Below are positions 62,287 through 64,000 of a stretch of 64,000 nucleotides of DNA, piece after piece. Origin of the DNA: the human T2T-CHM13v2.0 reference genome, Homo sapiens; the NCBI RefSeq assembly GCF_009914755.1, contig NC_060928.1; one strand, written 5' to 3'. The notes beneath the pieces are model-generated. The model ran no database searches. It worked only from the letters and a program-made list of their open reading frames with translations, and was not told the DNA's origin. A program made the translations under genes and the position numbers. The first letter of the stretch is position 1. Every line of letters begins with the position of its first letter.

Positions 62287-63694
62287 AGGACTCTAAAAGA
62301 CAGCCTGTTCAGGGTTATATACCTCAGAGGCAATGTGAAACATTGACTTAAAGCTTTGAGGGACATCCTGCTTCCAGAGGAAAGAGCAACAGGCCCAGGC
62401 TAGTCCAATCAGCCCCTCCTTATCTCACCATAATGTATTCCCAGCATAATCTACTGTAATTATTAAGACCTACAAGGAAGAAAGGGAAGAGAACTGGGTC
62501 AATCCAAGGCCACATGGAGAACTGTCCTGCACTGGCCAATTGTTTTGGCTGTAGTTTGAATACCAACTTAATGTTTAGAGCTTTTGCATTGTGATTTCAG
62601 ACTCTTTGATTAATGTGGTGCTGCTGGGAATTCCACTGCTCCCTGTTGGTGCTGCCTATGGCAGTGGAAGCAGTTTCTCCAGGTTAGGTTACCAGGTGTC
62701 TGAGGTATGTGGTGAGGGGTGTGGTAGAATCCCCCAGCCAATGTCCCCTGGCTACTCTGGGGTCATTGGGAAGAGAGTCTTAGGCCTGCAGGGACAAAGC
62801 AGCTTCTTAGACCAGGCCACTTTCTCTACTAGGTCCCTCTTCCTGGTTCTATTTTCCCACCTTTGTGCTTCCTGATAGAAAAAGAAGCCTCAAGCTGTAC
62901 TGGGAAGGAGAGTACCTCTCTTAGCGTTTCTCCTAGCTGCTTCTCCTGGATGGTGGTGGGTGTCTCAAGCTAGCGGCTCCTGATTGATCCAAGAGAGGAA
63001 GGAGCTTACTTGAGGTATCTTCTGTTGCTAGATTGGGGGATTAGGAAAAATAAGTCTGAAGGCCTTCTTCTGTCCAGTGAGGATACACAAGATGCCTTGC
63101 TGTTGTGCTGTTTCACCATTCCTTGCATATCAAACTAACTCTTCTTCTGTTTACCTCCATCTCTTAGAGCTTTTTCATGTTAGTCACATGCGTCATTTTC
63201 AAAATATATAGTTGTGCATAACAAAAAGAGGCGGGAAAAACATGGATCTGTGCCATATTGTCTGAATCCGAAGTTCCTTGCATACTTTATACTAAATAAG
63301 CTTTATCTGTGAGCTATATTACTAGTATTTTCTTTGTCTATAATTGTTTCAGGTGTCACATTTAAGACTTTGCTTGATTATGATATTTAAATATTACAGA
63401 ATATATTTGCAGAATAACAATATTCTGCAAATAATGCCCGGATATTCAAATTGAAATTCTCTTTTCATAATAGATCAAGGAAATTAGAACCTAATGATTT
63501 AATGGTGTACACAATTGCAGCATTAGTTTTGTATTCAAAGCAACATAAAATAAATGACAAATTGAAAGAAAAATAGGACTTTATTTACTCTATTCAAATA
63601 TTAAAATAAATAATATGTCTACTGAAATGTCATAATCAGGATATTATTTATTCCAATTAAATGGTTAAATATGTAATCAGTTAAATGTCATAGA

Positions 63695-63976
63695 TTTTAT
63701 TTTATTTTTATTTTTGTAGAGAGAAGATGTCACTCTGTCACCAGGCTGGAGTACAGTAGCTGGATCATAACTCACTATAATCTCAAAAAAGCCTCCCAAG
63801 TATCTGGGATTACAGGTGTGAGCCACCATGATAGGCTAATTAAGTTTTTAAATTTTCTATAGAGATGAGGATCTCCCTGTTACCCAGGCTGGTCCTGAAC
63901 TCCTGGGCTCAAGGGATCCTCCCACCTCAGCCTCCCAAAGTGATAGGATTACAGGTATAAGCCATCATGCCTGGCC
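63695..63976 (-). mobile_element. AluJ SINE with small internal deletion
   Basis: CTCCTGGGCTCAAGGGATCCTCCCACCTCAGCCTCCCAAAG; (TTTTA)n tail. Confidence 0.9.
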
Positions 63977-64000
63977 CTAGAATTTTTAAATTAATGGTGG

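Overview
AT-rich primate (human-like) non-coding DNA made up largely of interspersed repeats. I see no host protein-coding exon, RNA gene or CRISPR array; the longer ORFs in the track derive from Alu, L1 or ERV sequence. Contents: about ten Alus, many nested L1 fossils (including a full-length ~7.8 kb L1MA2-like copy with TSDs and three 5'-inverted L1s), a complete THE1 MaLR, several solo LTRs and a hAT (Zaphod/MER115-like) DNA transposon. At 54.4-62.5 kb a minus-strand class III (ERVL-like, probably HERVL32/LTR32) provirus carries a decayed gamma-type env and has a heavily deleted HERV-H provirus inserted at its RNase H. The most notable inferred structure is a candidate ancient L1 3' transduction (51680-53688) that appears to have been polyadenylated at a co-mobilised MLT1D LTR poly(A) site. 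Subfamily names come from recalled consensus sequences and need RepeatMasker/Dfam confirmation; boundaries of old elements are approximate. I found no evidence for a new functional multi-gene system.
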